From Alphaproteobacteria bacterium (GTDB taxonomy: Bacteria > Pseudomonadota > Alphaproteobacteria > UBA3830), in the NCBI GenBank assembly GCA_024696365.1, contig JAILGW010000071.1:1-42811 (forward strand): 42,811 nt of DNA. Reading direction: 5' to 3'. Below, piece after piece: positions 1-7,991 of the stretch (position 1 is the stretch's first letter; each line of letters opens with the position of its first letter). Both the position numbers and the translations under genes were made by a program. The notes beneath the pieces were generated by a model. The model searched no databases. It was not told the origin of the DNA and saw only the letters and a program-made list of their open reading frames with translations.

Positions 1-5
1 CTTTT

Positions 6-888
6 ATGAGCGAGACGAGACACGAGAAGATAGATTTATTGCCGGTGAAGAACGACTATGTTTTCGCGCGATTGTTCGGGCGTCGCAGTCATGAGCGCGT
101 TTTGGTTTGCTTGTTGAACGCGATTCTGAACGGCAAGCCTCATATCAAAGACATTTCGCTTGATCCTACGGAATATAAAAAGACGTCTCAGAACGGCAAA
201 TCTGTACGGTTGGATATCGCTGCGACTTCAGATGACGGCACACGTTTGCACATCGAAATGCAATGTCACAACGAGGGCAACATCGGCGACAGGACGTCGT
301 TCTGCCAGGCTCGTTTGCGCGAAGATGAGCTCCAGGAGGGGCAAAATTACAGTTCTATTCCGAACATTATTTCCATTTGGATTTGCGACGAGTCGGTGAC
401 CAAGCGCCAGAGCTGCTGTCACGAAATCGTGAGTATGTACAAAGACAACGGCGTGGATCCGATCGAAATCGCGTCTGAAAAAAATGCGGCAGTTTATTAT
501 CGAGTTGTCGAAGTTGGAAGCGACACCGAAGAGATTCCTGAATGACATGTTTTCGATTTGGATGATGTTTATTCGCGATCCGAATTCTATTCCGCCCGAA
601 TTTCTGGCAATCGATGAGGTAAAGGAAGCTATGGACGAGCTGACAGTTATGAGCTCAGACCCAATGACCCGAGCAGAATATCTCGCCCGCCAAAGGGAAT
701 TGAACGATATACGCTCGGGCATGAGCGTCAAATACGAGGAAGGCATCGAAAAAGGTAAAGCAGAAGGCGCTCAACAAAAGGCTATCGAAACTGCGAAAAA
801 GATGTTAAATGACGGTTTATCTGCAGATTTAGTTGCAAAGTATTCGGGGCTTTCCATCGCTGAAATCGAAGGCTTGTTAAAATCATGA
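6..888 (+). pseudogene. Rpn-family (YhgA-like, PD-(D/E)XK) recombination-promoting nuclease / putative transposase, split into two overlapping frames (6-545 and 484-888)
   Basis: The N-terminal ORF carries the family hallmarks (KNDYVFARLFG, LDIAA...HIEMQ nuclease core, IISIWICDE). The rest of the protein (RQFIIELSKLE..., helical tail) continues in the +1 frame. The frames swap at the A7 run 478-484; removing one A gives a continuous ...IASEKMRQFIIELSKL... Confidence 0.75.
478..484 (+). repeat. A7 homopolymer at the Rpn frame break
   Basis: Read directly: tctg-aaaaaaa-tgcgg. This is the only simple indel site within the overlap of the two Rpn ORFs. Confidence 0.8.
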
Positions 889-979
889 GTTCAGATCCGA
901 TGCCCCGAGCAGAATATCTCGCTCGTCAGAGGGAACTGAACGACATATGCTGAGCATGAGCGTCAAATATGAGGGAGGC
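885..979 (+). repeat. Degenerate direct duplicate of Rpn-gene segment 649-744, starting on the gene's stop codon
   Basis: Hand alignment of atgagctcagacccaatgacccgagcagaatatctcgcc... (649-744) with atgagttcagatccgatgccccgagcagaatatctcgct... (885-979) gives about 85% identity with one 1-nt indel. The copy would encode only a 22-aa stub, MSSDPMPRAEYLARQRELNDIC. Confidence 0.8.
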
Positions 980-1033
980 CCTCAGCAAGCAAAAAAAGCC
1001 TCTCCCTTCATCGTGTTGTCTTTGTAGCAGAAT

Positions 1034-1825
1034 CTACTTGATTCCCAAAATAGATAGCGTCTCATCCTGACCGCACGGTTGAATAATTTTATCTAATGCA
1101 CCGATAGTTTTTCCAACACAGGCATTAAGATCCTCATTCGCAATTGCAAGTGTTTTTCCGTTTAATATCAACAATCCCGTTTTGACTTTTCCGTTTAATG
1201 CTGCAGCGGCTCCTTTTCCTCCACTGAATTTTACGCTATACAAGACACCTCTGGTTTTATCGTCGATAGCATTAAATCCTGAATGGTAGGTATTGCTTGA
1301 CAGTCTGTATACGTAAGGATTTGCATCTCCATGAATATTGACATAAGTCGGCGGAAAATATAACTCTCTGCTAGACGTTTCATCGGTTACAATCACGTGA
1401 CATTCGACCGTACTTCCGACATCAAAAACCTGTCGAGTTAACGGCACATCATTGAAAAACGCCCATTGTGATTTAAGCGCCACCTGTTCTGTTCCATAAT
1501 GCGCGCTCTCAGCCATTTGAATAGACAATGTAACAACATCAGAAGTAATATCTGTATGTAAACGGTCTGAAAAATATGCTCTACGCGCGGAATCCAACTC
1601 AAAATCCGCCGAAAACACAGGACCGAAATAATTCTCCCCATTGTACGCATGAGCCGCAACTGCGAGCGGATACATTTGCCCCATTGGCGTTATATAATTA
1701 CTGCGAGTATACAACGGCATCGGATATCCTTCTTCGTTTTGATATCTACAAACAACATCATATTTCAAACACAAAGCGGTATAATAAACTGAAATCAATA
1801 GTGCTACTATCAGGATTTTTTTCAT
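1034..1825 (-). CDS. Hypothetical secreted protein (263 aa), no family recognised
   Basis: Long ORF with an ATG start and AAGGAA about 7 nt upstream. The N-terminus MKKILIVALLISVYYTALC looks like a Sec signal peptide. I recognise no motif in it. Confidence 0.6.
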   Translation of the reverse strand: MKKILIVALLISVYYTALCLKYDVVCRYQNEEGYPMPLYTRSNYITPMGQMYPLAVAAHAYNGENYFGPVFSADFELDSARRAYFSDRLHTDITSDVVTLSIQMAESAHYGTEQVALKSQWAFFNDVPLTRQVFDVGSTVECHVIVTDETSSRELYFPPTYVNIHGDANPYVYRLSSNTYHSGFNAIDDKTRGVLYSVKFSGGKGAAAALNGKVKTGLLILNGKTLAIANEDLNACVGKTIGALDKIIQPCGQDETLSILGIK

Positions 1826-2032
1826 ATCGCATTCCTTTTTTGTAAAATATTTTTAATTATAGGGCACAAAGATTAACTTTTAGTAAACATTTAATTCTTT
1901 CCCCAAAAACAGGTCTTCCTAAATCGATAGAAGAATCTTCAATATCAAGGTCCGAAAGAGAGTAAGAAGAAAAGAAATAATCGTTAAATTACAGCCAACA
2001 GAGCAGATGCACCTGCTATTACCTTAATCAAA

Positions 2033-2061
2033 TTGATATTCACAGCTCATTATGAGATAAT
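2033..2061 (+). promoter_or_regulatory. Candidate sigma70-type promoter for hppA
   Basis: TTGATA (2033-2038), a 17-nt spacer, then GATAAT (2056-2061) preceded by TG at 2053-2054 (extended -10). It lies 28 nt upstream of the hppA ATG. Pattern match only, in an AT-rich region. Confidence 0.3.
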
Positions 2062-2088
2062 ACTACGTTTTTGTATTGGAGTTTTTTT

Positions 2089-4182
2089 ATGGGGTGTTGG
2101 GAATTAACGATCATTGTATCGGGCGTGCTAGCTCTGGTGTATGGAGCGTTGAATGCTAAATATATGCTCGGACTCAGTCACGGAACGGCAAAGATGCAGG
2201 AAATCGCATCTGCTATTCAAGAAGGAGCCTCGGCATATTTGAACAGGCAATATAAAACAATTGCCATGGTCGGTATCGTAATGACGATTATCGTTGCGGC
2301 ATTTATGGGAATATATCCGGCCATTGGTTTTGTTCTTGGTTCGGTTCTGTCTGGACTTGCAGGATATATTGGAATGCACATTTCGGTAAGAGCAAACGTT
2401 CGCACGACAGAGGCAGCGAAAACTGGCATTGAACATGCGTTGTCTGTTGCTTATAAGTCAGGATCTATCACCGGCTTTTTGGTCGTAGGTTTAGGCTTGC
2501 TGGGAATCGCGCTTTACTTCTTCTATTTGAGAGAATTTGTTGCTGATACACGCTTAGCAATGGAATCATTGATAGCAATGAGCTTCGGCGCGTCCTTGAT
2601 TTCTATCTTTGCTCGTTTAGGCGGCGGTATTTTCACGAAGGGCGCAGATGTCGGAGCAGACTTGGTTGGTAAGGTTGAAGCGGGTATTCCTGAGGACGAT
2701 CCGAGAAATCCTGCCGTTATCGCTGATAACGTAGGAGACAACGTCGGAGATTGTGCTGGTATGGCTGCGGACTTATTCGAAACATATGTTGTGACAATTT
2801 CTGCGACAATCGTTTTGGCGAACATTTTCTTTACAGATGCCGCCAGAAATTCGTTAATGTTGTATCCTCTGGCGATTTCGGGTGTTTGCATTCTTGGGTC
2901 TATTTTAGGAACCTACTTTATCAAGCTCGGAAAGAGTGGCAACGTTATGAATGCATTGTACAAAGGCTTACTAACGACGGTAGCGCTTTCTTTTGTGTTT
3001 ATATACTTCGTAACGAAGCATATGTTTGCTTTTGATACAGTGTTTGTTGTAAATGGAGCTGCAGAGACATTTACAGGGTGCAGCATTATGTTATGCGCCA
3101 TGATTGGCCTTGTTATTACGTTGATGCTCGTTTATATCACAGAGTACTACACATCTTACTCTTACAGGCCAGTTATCAGCATTGCGAAAGCGTCTGAAAC
3201 AGGACACGGAACAAACATCATTCAGGGATTAGCGATTTCTATGGAGTCAACGGCTATTCCCGTTATCGTGATTTGTGCCGGTATCTTGATTTCTTATCTA
3301 AACGCGGGATTGTACGGTATCGCAATTTCAGCAACCGCAATGTTAGCGCTGGCAGGAATCGTCATCACCATCGACGCATACGGACCTGTTACTGATAACG
3401 CAGGTGGAATCGCGGAAATGGCAGGATTACCTGAAAAAGTTCGTGAAGTAACAGATAAATTGGACGCTGTCGGAAATACAACGAAAGCTGTCACAAAGGG
3501 ATACGCAATTGGTTCAGCGGGATTGGCATCGTTAGTGCTGTTCTCTGCTTACACACAAGATATCGCACATTATTTCCCGAATTTATCGATTAACTTCGAG
3601 CTCGGAGATCCTTATGTCGTTATCGGATTGTTTATCGGTGGATTATTGCCGTATCTGTTCGGAGCATGCGGTATGATGGCCGTTGGACGTGCCGGAGGCG
3701 CAATCGTCGTTGAAGTAAGACGTCAATTTAAAACCATCAAAGGCATTATGACAGGTAAAGCAAAACCGGATTATAAAACCGCTGTCGATATGCTGACCAA
3801 GTCCGCTATCAAAGAGATGATGATACCGTCACTATTGCCTGTTTTGGCTCCTATTGTACTGTATTTCGTCATTGGATATTTCGGAGGACATGTCGCGGGA
3901 TTGAAGAGCGTTGGAGCAATGTTACTCGGTACGATTTTGACCGGATTGTTCTTAGCGATTTCCATGACATCAGGCGGTGGCGCTTGGGATAACGCAAAGA
4001 AATACATCGAAAACGGAAACTTCGGCGGAAAAGGTTCTGATGCTCATAAGGCAGCCGTAACCGGAGACACAGTCGGAGATCCTTATAAAGATACGGCAGG
4101 ACCGGCAATTAATCCGATGATTAAAATCACAAATATCGTCGCGATTTTACTGTTGGCTTCCTTGGCCAAACTGATGATGTAA
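2089..4182 (+). CDS. hppA: Membrane-bound proton-translocating pyrophosphatase (H+-PPase), K+-independent type
   Basis: Multi-TM protein with H+-PPase signatures [18 protein letters not shown] and [23 protein letters not shown] has Lys at the position that distinguishes K+-independent enzymes. I chose the ATG at 2089 ([10 protein letters not shown]...) over the TTG at 2071 in the ORF track. Confidence 0.93.
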   Translation: MGCWELTIIVSGVLALVYGALNAKYMLGLSHGTAKMQEIASAIQEGASAYLNRQYKTIAMVGIVMTIIVAAFMGIYPAIGFVLGSVLSGLAGYIGMHISVRANVRTTEAAKTGIEHALSVAYKSGSITGFLVVGLGLLGIALYFFYLREFVADTRLAMESLIAMSFGASLISIFARLGGGIFTKGADVGADLVGKVEAGIPEDDPRNPAVIADNVGDNVGDCAGMAADLFETYVVTISATIVLANIFFTDAARNSLMLYPLAISGVCILGSILGTYFIKLGKSGNVMNALYKGLLTTVALSFVFIYFVTKHMFAFDTVFVVNGAAETFTGCSIMLCAMIGLVITLMLVYITEYYTSYSYRPVISIAKASETGHGTNIIQGLAISMESTAIPVIVICAGILISYLNAGLYGIAISATAMLALAGIVITIDAYGPVTDNAGGIAEMAGLPEKVREVTDKLDAVGNTTKAVTKGYAIGSAGLASLVLFSAYTQDIAHYFPNLSINFELGDPYVVIGLFIGGLLPYLFGACGMMAVGRAGGAIVVEVRRQFKTIKGIMTGKAKPDYKTAVDMLTKSAIKEMMIPSLLPVLAPIVLYFVIGYFGGHVAGLKSVGAMLLGTILTGLFLAISMTSGGGAWDNAKKYIENGNFGGKGSDAHKAAVTGDTVGDPYKDTAGPAINPMIKITNIVAILLLASLAKLMM

Positions 4183-4235
4183 TCTGAAGCTGAAAATCAG
4201 CTGATTATAGAACTCCTCGTTGGAAACAGCGGGGA
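4161..4235. repeat. Direct repeat copy 1: last 7 codons of hppA, its stop, and the 3' UTR/terminator
   Basis: This 75-nt segment matches 5886-5960 with 5 mismatches by hand alignment. Confidence 0.85.
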
Positions 4236-4242
4236 GTTTTTT
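4212..4242 (+). terminator. Rho-independent terminator of hppA
   Basis: Stem actcctcg (4212-4219) pairs with cggggagt (4230-4237), 8 bp with one G-U, around a 10-nt loop, followed by a T run. It sits 30 nt after the hppA stop. Confidence 0.6.
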
Positions 4243-4314
4243 GCATTGTCGTACTTACCTTTTTGTCGATTTCATGATACATGGATAGTCGGGTTTATTA
4301 TAAGAGGGAGCCAA

Positions 4315-5874
4315 ATGAAAAAAATTATTTTAAGTCTTTCGTTTTTATCTTTAGGTTGTTTCAGTGTTTTTGGAACAAAAATGCCGTTAGACTATAGAGA
4401 ATCACCTATTCCAATGGTGACAGCAGCTGTAGCGGCTGAGGGTTCGTCAGCTATAGCACTTAACCCGTCTATTACTAGTAGAGTAGTTTTGGCAACTGAT
4501 GACGGATATGCAATACCGACTGCCATTACTATATTGTCATGTCTTGCAACGACCCCGGAACTCAAAGAAATTATAGTTTTATATCCACACGATGGGCTTT
4601 CCGACAACAACATAGCGGCTTTAAAAAAACTAGATAAAGTTATTTCTTTGGAAATTCCTAGCAAATATATGAAAGCAGCAATAAGTCGCGACACAAAGTG
4701 GAATCCTTTGGTCCAATTAAGAATTAGTTATCCCGAGCTCTTTCAAGAACTCAGACCGGAGCTGACAGGATTTATACATATGGACTCTGATACAATCGCT
4801 GTGAGGAATGTAGGGAATATGTTGCAAGATACTATGAATCATCTTGAACTTAATGAAAGGACACTCAAGTATCTGGGGGACATACCAATGATTCCTTTTT
4901 TTCTGGCCACAAACTTAGATAAAGTATGGAATGGAATGTATAGTGATGAAAAAACGATAAGTGGAGGTGTAGTTGGTTGGAATCTTGATGCTATAAATAA
5001 AATGTCTGTCTCCATGAGTGTGCTATATGAGTTAACAAATAATAAAATTCCGGACTTCTATAAGGCTGAAGAATGTTATAGACTTTGGGAAGTCTTACGT
5101 AATTCTGACGAACGGGATAATATAATAAAAACGCTAAGTGAATTAGCAGAATTAACTACAGAAAGCGAATTAGAAACATACAGACAAAAACTTTCTTCCC
5201 ACTCTGAAGATTTACAAGCTAGCGCGCAAATTTTCGTACAATTTATAAAATCAATAATAACTTTTTCCGAAGGGTATAAGAAAAATGATGACTTTAACCG
5301 TCAAGTTATAACACTGGCTAGTAGTTTTGTACTTGATATCTTAATAAATGACTCTGCCCCCGGGAATGAACAGCCCCAAGTACCTGAATACAGAACCAGG
5401 ATATGGGAGCATAATAGGGAAGAACAGATAATGTCAGGTTTTCCATGGCTAGAGTTACTTCAGAAATGGAATTTCATAATGTGTTATATTTTCCCGCAAA
5501 TTTCTGATGCCAAATGTCCATTACAATATATAGAATCCGTTAAATGTCTATACGCATGTCATCCTGAGCTGAGAGATGAAATATTAGACGAATTCAAAAA
5601 AATTTGTGTTATGCACTTCGATGATTGTATAAAGCCTTGGAATAAAAAATTTTCGGAATTAGCGAAAGAATATCCTGAGTTATACAAGATAATGGCTATA
5701 TACGGTTATTATTGCTCTCAACTTTCCGAATTTGATAGCTTAGATGAATGGAAAATGTTCTTTGCTTCTGCTTGGGTAGAATGTATTTCTGACGGACACA
5801 GCGATTGCTGGCCTGCAATAAAAAATGCTGATGACGTTCGAGAAGTGTTGAAAACGTGTAAGCCAAGTATTTAA
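4315..5874 (+). CDS. Secreted (possibly lipoprotein) family-8 glycosyltransferase (GT8, LgtC/RfaJ-like) with a long internal insertion
   Basis: The ATG at 4315 is preceded by AGAGGGAG. The signal peptide MKKIILSLSFLSLGC fits a lipobox-like pattern. The GT8 motif series is present: VVLATDDGYAIPTAITILS, the DxD motif in FIHMDSDTIAV (gac tct gat, 4783-4791), GGVVGWNLD, and HFDDCIKPWN. Confidence 0.75.
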   Translation: MKKIILSLSFLSLGCFSVFGTKMPLDYRESPIPMVTAAVAAEGSSAIALNPSITSRVVLATDDGYAIPTAITILSCLATTPELKEIIVLYPHDGLSDNNIAALKKLDKVISLEIPSKYMKAAISRDTKWNPLVQLRISYPELFQELRPELTGFIHMDSDTIAVRNVGNMLQDTMNHLELNERTLKYLGDIPMIPFFLATNLDKVWNGMYSDEKTISGGVVGWNLDAINKMSVSMSVLYELTNNKIPDFYKAEECYRLWEVLRNSDERDNIIKTLSELAELTTESELETYRQKLSSHSEDLQASAQIFVQFIKSIITFSEGYKKNDDFNRQVITLASSFVLDILINDSAPGNEQPQVPEYRTRIWEHNREEQIMSGFPWLELLQKWNFIMCYIFPQISDAKCPLQYIESVKCLYACHPELRDEILDEFKKICVMHFDDCIKPWNKKFSELAKEYPELYKIMAIYGYYCSQLSEFDSLDEWKMFFASAWVECISDGHSDCWPAIKNADDVREVLKTCKPSI

Positions 5875-5885
5875 TGATTATCAAT

Positions 5886-5960
5886 CTTGGCTAAATTGAT
5901 GATGTAATCTGAAGCTGAAAATCAGCTGATTATCGAACTCCTCGTTGGAAACAGCAGGAA
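5886..5960. repeat. Direct repeat copy 2 of the hppA 3' end and terminator region, downstream of the GT8 gene
   Basis: cttggctaaattgatgatgtaatctgaagctgaaaatcagctgattatcgaactcctcgttggaaacagcaggaa. It still reads LAKLMM-stop, and the two changes within the codons are synonymous. The terminator stem is weakened and the T run is lost. Confidence 0.85.
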
Positions 5961-6226
5961 GTTATTGATTTCACAAAAGCCAGATTTGCCTTATTAAAGC
6001 CGAAAGGCCTGAGAACCGTCGCCTGGGATCTGCGTGTGACCAAATCCTAGGTGGGCACCATATATACCGACCACGGTCAGGTACAGGGACAGTTCCCTTT
6101 CTGTAAACAGGTCACCGAGATTATTACTGACGAATCCTCACGCCTGATATCAGAATAGACGACAGAAATTAACAAATCAATAAAATCGCAAAAATTAAAA
6201 TGAACGGGCAAAAATTAGAATACTAC

Positions 6227-6259
6227 AAAAAAACCTCCCGCGTTAACGAGAGGCTTTTT
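6227..6259 (-). terminator. Rho-independent (bidirectional-looking) terminator downstream of the LRR gene; repeat of the rplQ terminator
   Basis: On the minus strand, cctctcg-ttaacg-cgggagg is followed by T7 (the A run 6227-6233 on the plus strand). The plus strand also has a T5 run after the stem (6255-6259). The 30 nt at 6227-6256 are identical to 7503-7532. Confidence 0.65.
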
Positions 6260-6296
6260 GAGTTAACTGAATAACAAAATCGTTCGGCTTCTGCCT

Positions 6297-7355
6297 TTAA
6301 TAGATCACTTCCAAACCTGGTAATTCCTTCACATCCTTTCCCTCTATATTCAGTCCTTTTATATTCAGCTTCTTAAGCTTGATACCTGTCTCTTCTGGAT
6401 GCTTCAGATCATACCCCACATTCTCGAGAAGCTCCACTATTGTACCATCTGATGTCACAGAACACCCCTGAAGATTTAGTTCTTTTATGGCACTGCATCC
6501 TATTTCTTTCTTTAAGGTGGTAGTACCTGAGGTAGCATCTTGGACGGTACGTAGAGTAATATAATGTTTATCTGCCCCGATATCAAACATTCTCACTAAA
6601 TCAGTTCCATTACCTTCTGAATAAAAGTGATTGTTTCTGAGATCCAGCTTGTTAATATTTTTATTTGTCCGTAACAGCTTCCATAATGCATTCATTATTT
6701 GACCACCAATGGCTACGTTGCGGATATCACCTTTTTTGCTGTTTATGATACCCAACGATGTAACTGTTGTATTACTTCGTAATGCATCTAATATAGCAGC
6801 GACAGCCTTTGAGTCTTTATGGCCATCAGAGTTTGTAGATTTGTTAACTTTGCTGAGGTCAAAACACAGCGCTTTAACAGTTTTTACCTTTAACAGCTCG
6901 AGTAATGCTTTCTTTACTTCTTCATTCATGTCGCCGTTTTCGAAACTCAACGATGTAACTTCTTTATTACCTTCTAATGCCTTTAATATAGAAACGATGA
7001 TCGAGCCTTCAAGGTCGAGCTCAATACGCAGATTTGTCAAATGTGGAGGGCTCACCTTCAAAGCTTCAGTCATTAGCTGTAGATTGATGTTCTCTTCGCC
7101 TAGGCTTTTTCGTGTAATCCTTTCTCTTCCTATAACCCCATCACCCGTAAACCAACTCTGAACCTTTTTTATTCCAATTTTTGAAGGGGTTCCCGCTTTT
7201 TTCAAAACCTCTTCAAAAGTCTCCCCCGGGGTCTGCTTTGCGGCCTGTTCTGTGCCCTCCGTAGTTTGCTCTGTGGCACCTGCCATTCCACATGCCATAT
7301 CAACGCTTGCTGCGCCCAATACTGCTACTAATGATAAATATAGTGCTTTTTTCAT
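6297..7355 (-). CDS. Secreted leucine-rich-repeat protein of the RNI / ribonuclease-inhibitor-like (eukaryote-like) type
   Basis: The ATG at 7355 has a strong GAAAGGAGAA 5-6 nt upstream. Signal peptide: MKKALYLSLVAVLGAASV. Repeats of about 28 aa carry ...AL..N..VTSL.L... and LLRTNKNINKLDLRNNHF. The upstream TTG/ATG in the ORF track would add a non-signal leader. Confidence 0.75.
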   Translation of the reverse strand: MKKALYLSLVAVLGAASVDMACGMAGATEQTTEGTEQAAKQTPGETFEEVLKKAGTPSKIGIKKVQSWFTGDGVIGRERITRKSLGEENINLQLMTEALKVSPPHLTNLRIELDLEGSIIVSILKALEGNKEVTSLSFENGDMNEEVKKALLELLKVKTVKALCFDLSKVNKSTNSDGHKDSKAVAAILDALRSNTTVTSLGIINSKKGDIRNVAIGGQIMNALWKLLRTNKNINKLDLRNNHFYSEGNGTDLVRMFDIGADKHYITLRTVQDATSGTTTLKKEIGCSAIKELNLQGCSVTSDGTIVELLENVGYDLKHPEETGIKLKKLNIKGLNIEGKDVKELPGLEVIY

Positions 7356-7376
7356 GTTATTTCTCCTTTCATTTAC

Positions 7377-7405
7377 ACTATTTAATCGGAAATCGCCCCT
7401 TGCAA
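7377..7405 (-). promoter_or_regulatory. Candidate promoter for the LRR gene
   Basis: On the minus strand: TTGCAA (7405-7400), a 17-nt spacer, AATAGT (7382-7377), about 20 nt upstream of the RBS. Pattern match only. Confidence 0.25.
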
Positions 7406-7502
7406 TTTCCTCCAATTTTTGTTGCTACCAAAGCTAAATTTTGGAACTACGGAGTCTATGCTACACGAAAAAGATTAAAAAAAGTAAATTTTGAAAAAAC
7501 AT

Positions 7503-7529
7503 AAAAAAACCTCCCGCGTTAACGAGAGG
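7503..7529 (-). terminator. Rho-independent terminator of rplQ (end of the ribosomal array)
   Basis: On the minus strand, cctctcg-ttaacg-cgggagg is followed by T7. It sits 32 nt downstream of the rplQ stop. Confidence 0.7.
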
Positions 7530-7560
7530 CTTCTTGAAAATTAATTTTATTGATAAAAAA

Positions 7561-7980
7561 CTATTCCGCTGCCGGTGCGATTTCTTCAACCGCTGCAGAC
7601 ACGTTTGGATTCTTTGCCGATTCGTCTCTGTCGACTAATTCGATGACCGCAGCTGGTGCAGCATCACCCGGACGGAATCCGCACTTTACGATGCGAGTAT
7701 AACCGCCGTTTCTAGTCGCATAACGCTCAGCTAAAGGCCCGAAGACCTTCGATACTAAATCGTTATCTCTCAGTCTTGCGAAAACATGTCTTCTGTTTGC
7801 AACAGATGGTTTCTTACCGAGAGTAATCATTCTTTCGACATAGCTTCTCAAATCTTTTGCTTTAGGAAGAGTTGTTACGATTTGCTCGTACTTCAGCAAA
7901 GCTTTTGCAAGGCTGTTAAACAACGCCTTTCTCTGCTCTGTTCTTCTGTTGAACTTTCTTCCGCTAATTCTATGATTCAT
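7561..7980 (-). CDS. rplQ: 50S ribosomal protein L17
   Basis: [24 protein letters not shown] is an L17 N-terminal signature. It follows rpoA, as in the alpha operon. Confidence 0.95.
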   Translation of the reverse strand: MNHRISGRKFNRRTEQRKALFNSLAKALLKYEQIVTTLPKAKDLRSYVERMITLGKKPSVANRRHVFARLRDNDLVSKVFGPLAERYATRNGGYTRIVKCGFRPGDAAPAAVIELVDRDESAKNPNVSAAVEEIAPAAE

Positions 7981-7991
7981 TTTAAAACCCC

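Noticed and set aside
478-545. Programmed ribosomal frameshift (IS-style A-rich slippery site) joining the two Rpn ORFs
   Set aside because: The downstream frame is +1 relative to the upstream one. IS3/IS1-type slippage on A runs is -1, and Rpn genes are not known to need frameshifting. A simple 1-nt insertion or an assembly error explains it better.
960-1033. Rho-independent terminator for the 1034-1825 gene around gagggaggc ... gcctctccc
   Set aside because: The arms pair imperfectly and the T run on the minus strand lies inside the loop rather than after the stem. It is not convincing.
2071-2088. TTG start of hppA given by the ORF track
   Set aside because: The ATG at 2089 gives the usual short N-terminus before TM1. 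The extra MYWSFF has no support.
4246-4314. Upstream TTG extension of the GT8 ORF, and likewise 7356-7415 for the LRR ORF
   Set aside because: In both cases the internal ATGs are preceded by strong Shine-Dalgarno sequences and begin a canonical MKK... signal peptide. The extensions would bury it.
6000-6130. SRP (4.5S) RNA, tRNA, tmRNA piece, or a RelE/ParE-type toxin relic in the GC-rich island
   Set aside because: GGTCAGGT resembles the start of the SRP domain-IV motif, but the obligatory GGAA...GGAAGCAGC continuation is absent. CGAATCC resembles a T-loop, but no complementary T-stem or acceptor stem exists. W-x-LRV ... IY loosely recalls RelE, but the rest does not fit and the N-terminal half would be missing. 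None of these identities is supportable by eye.
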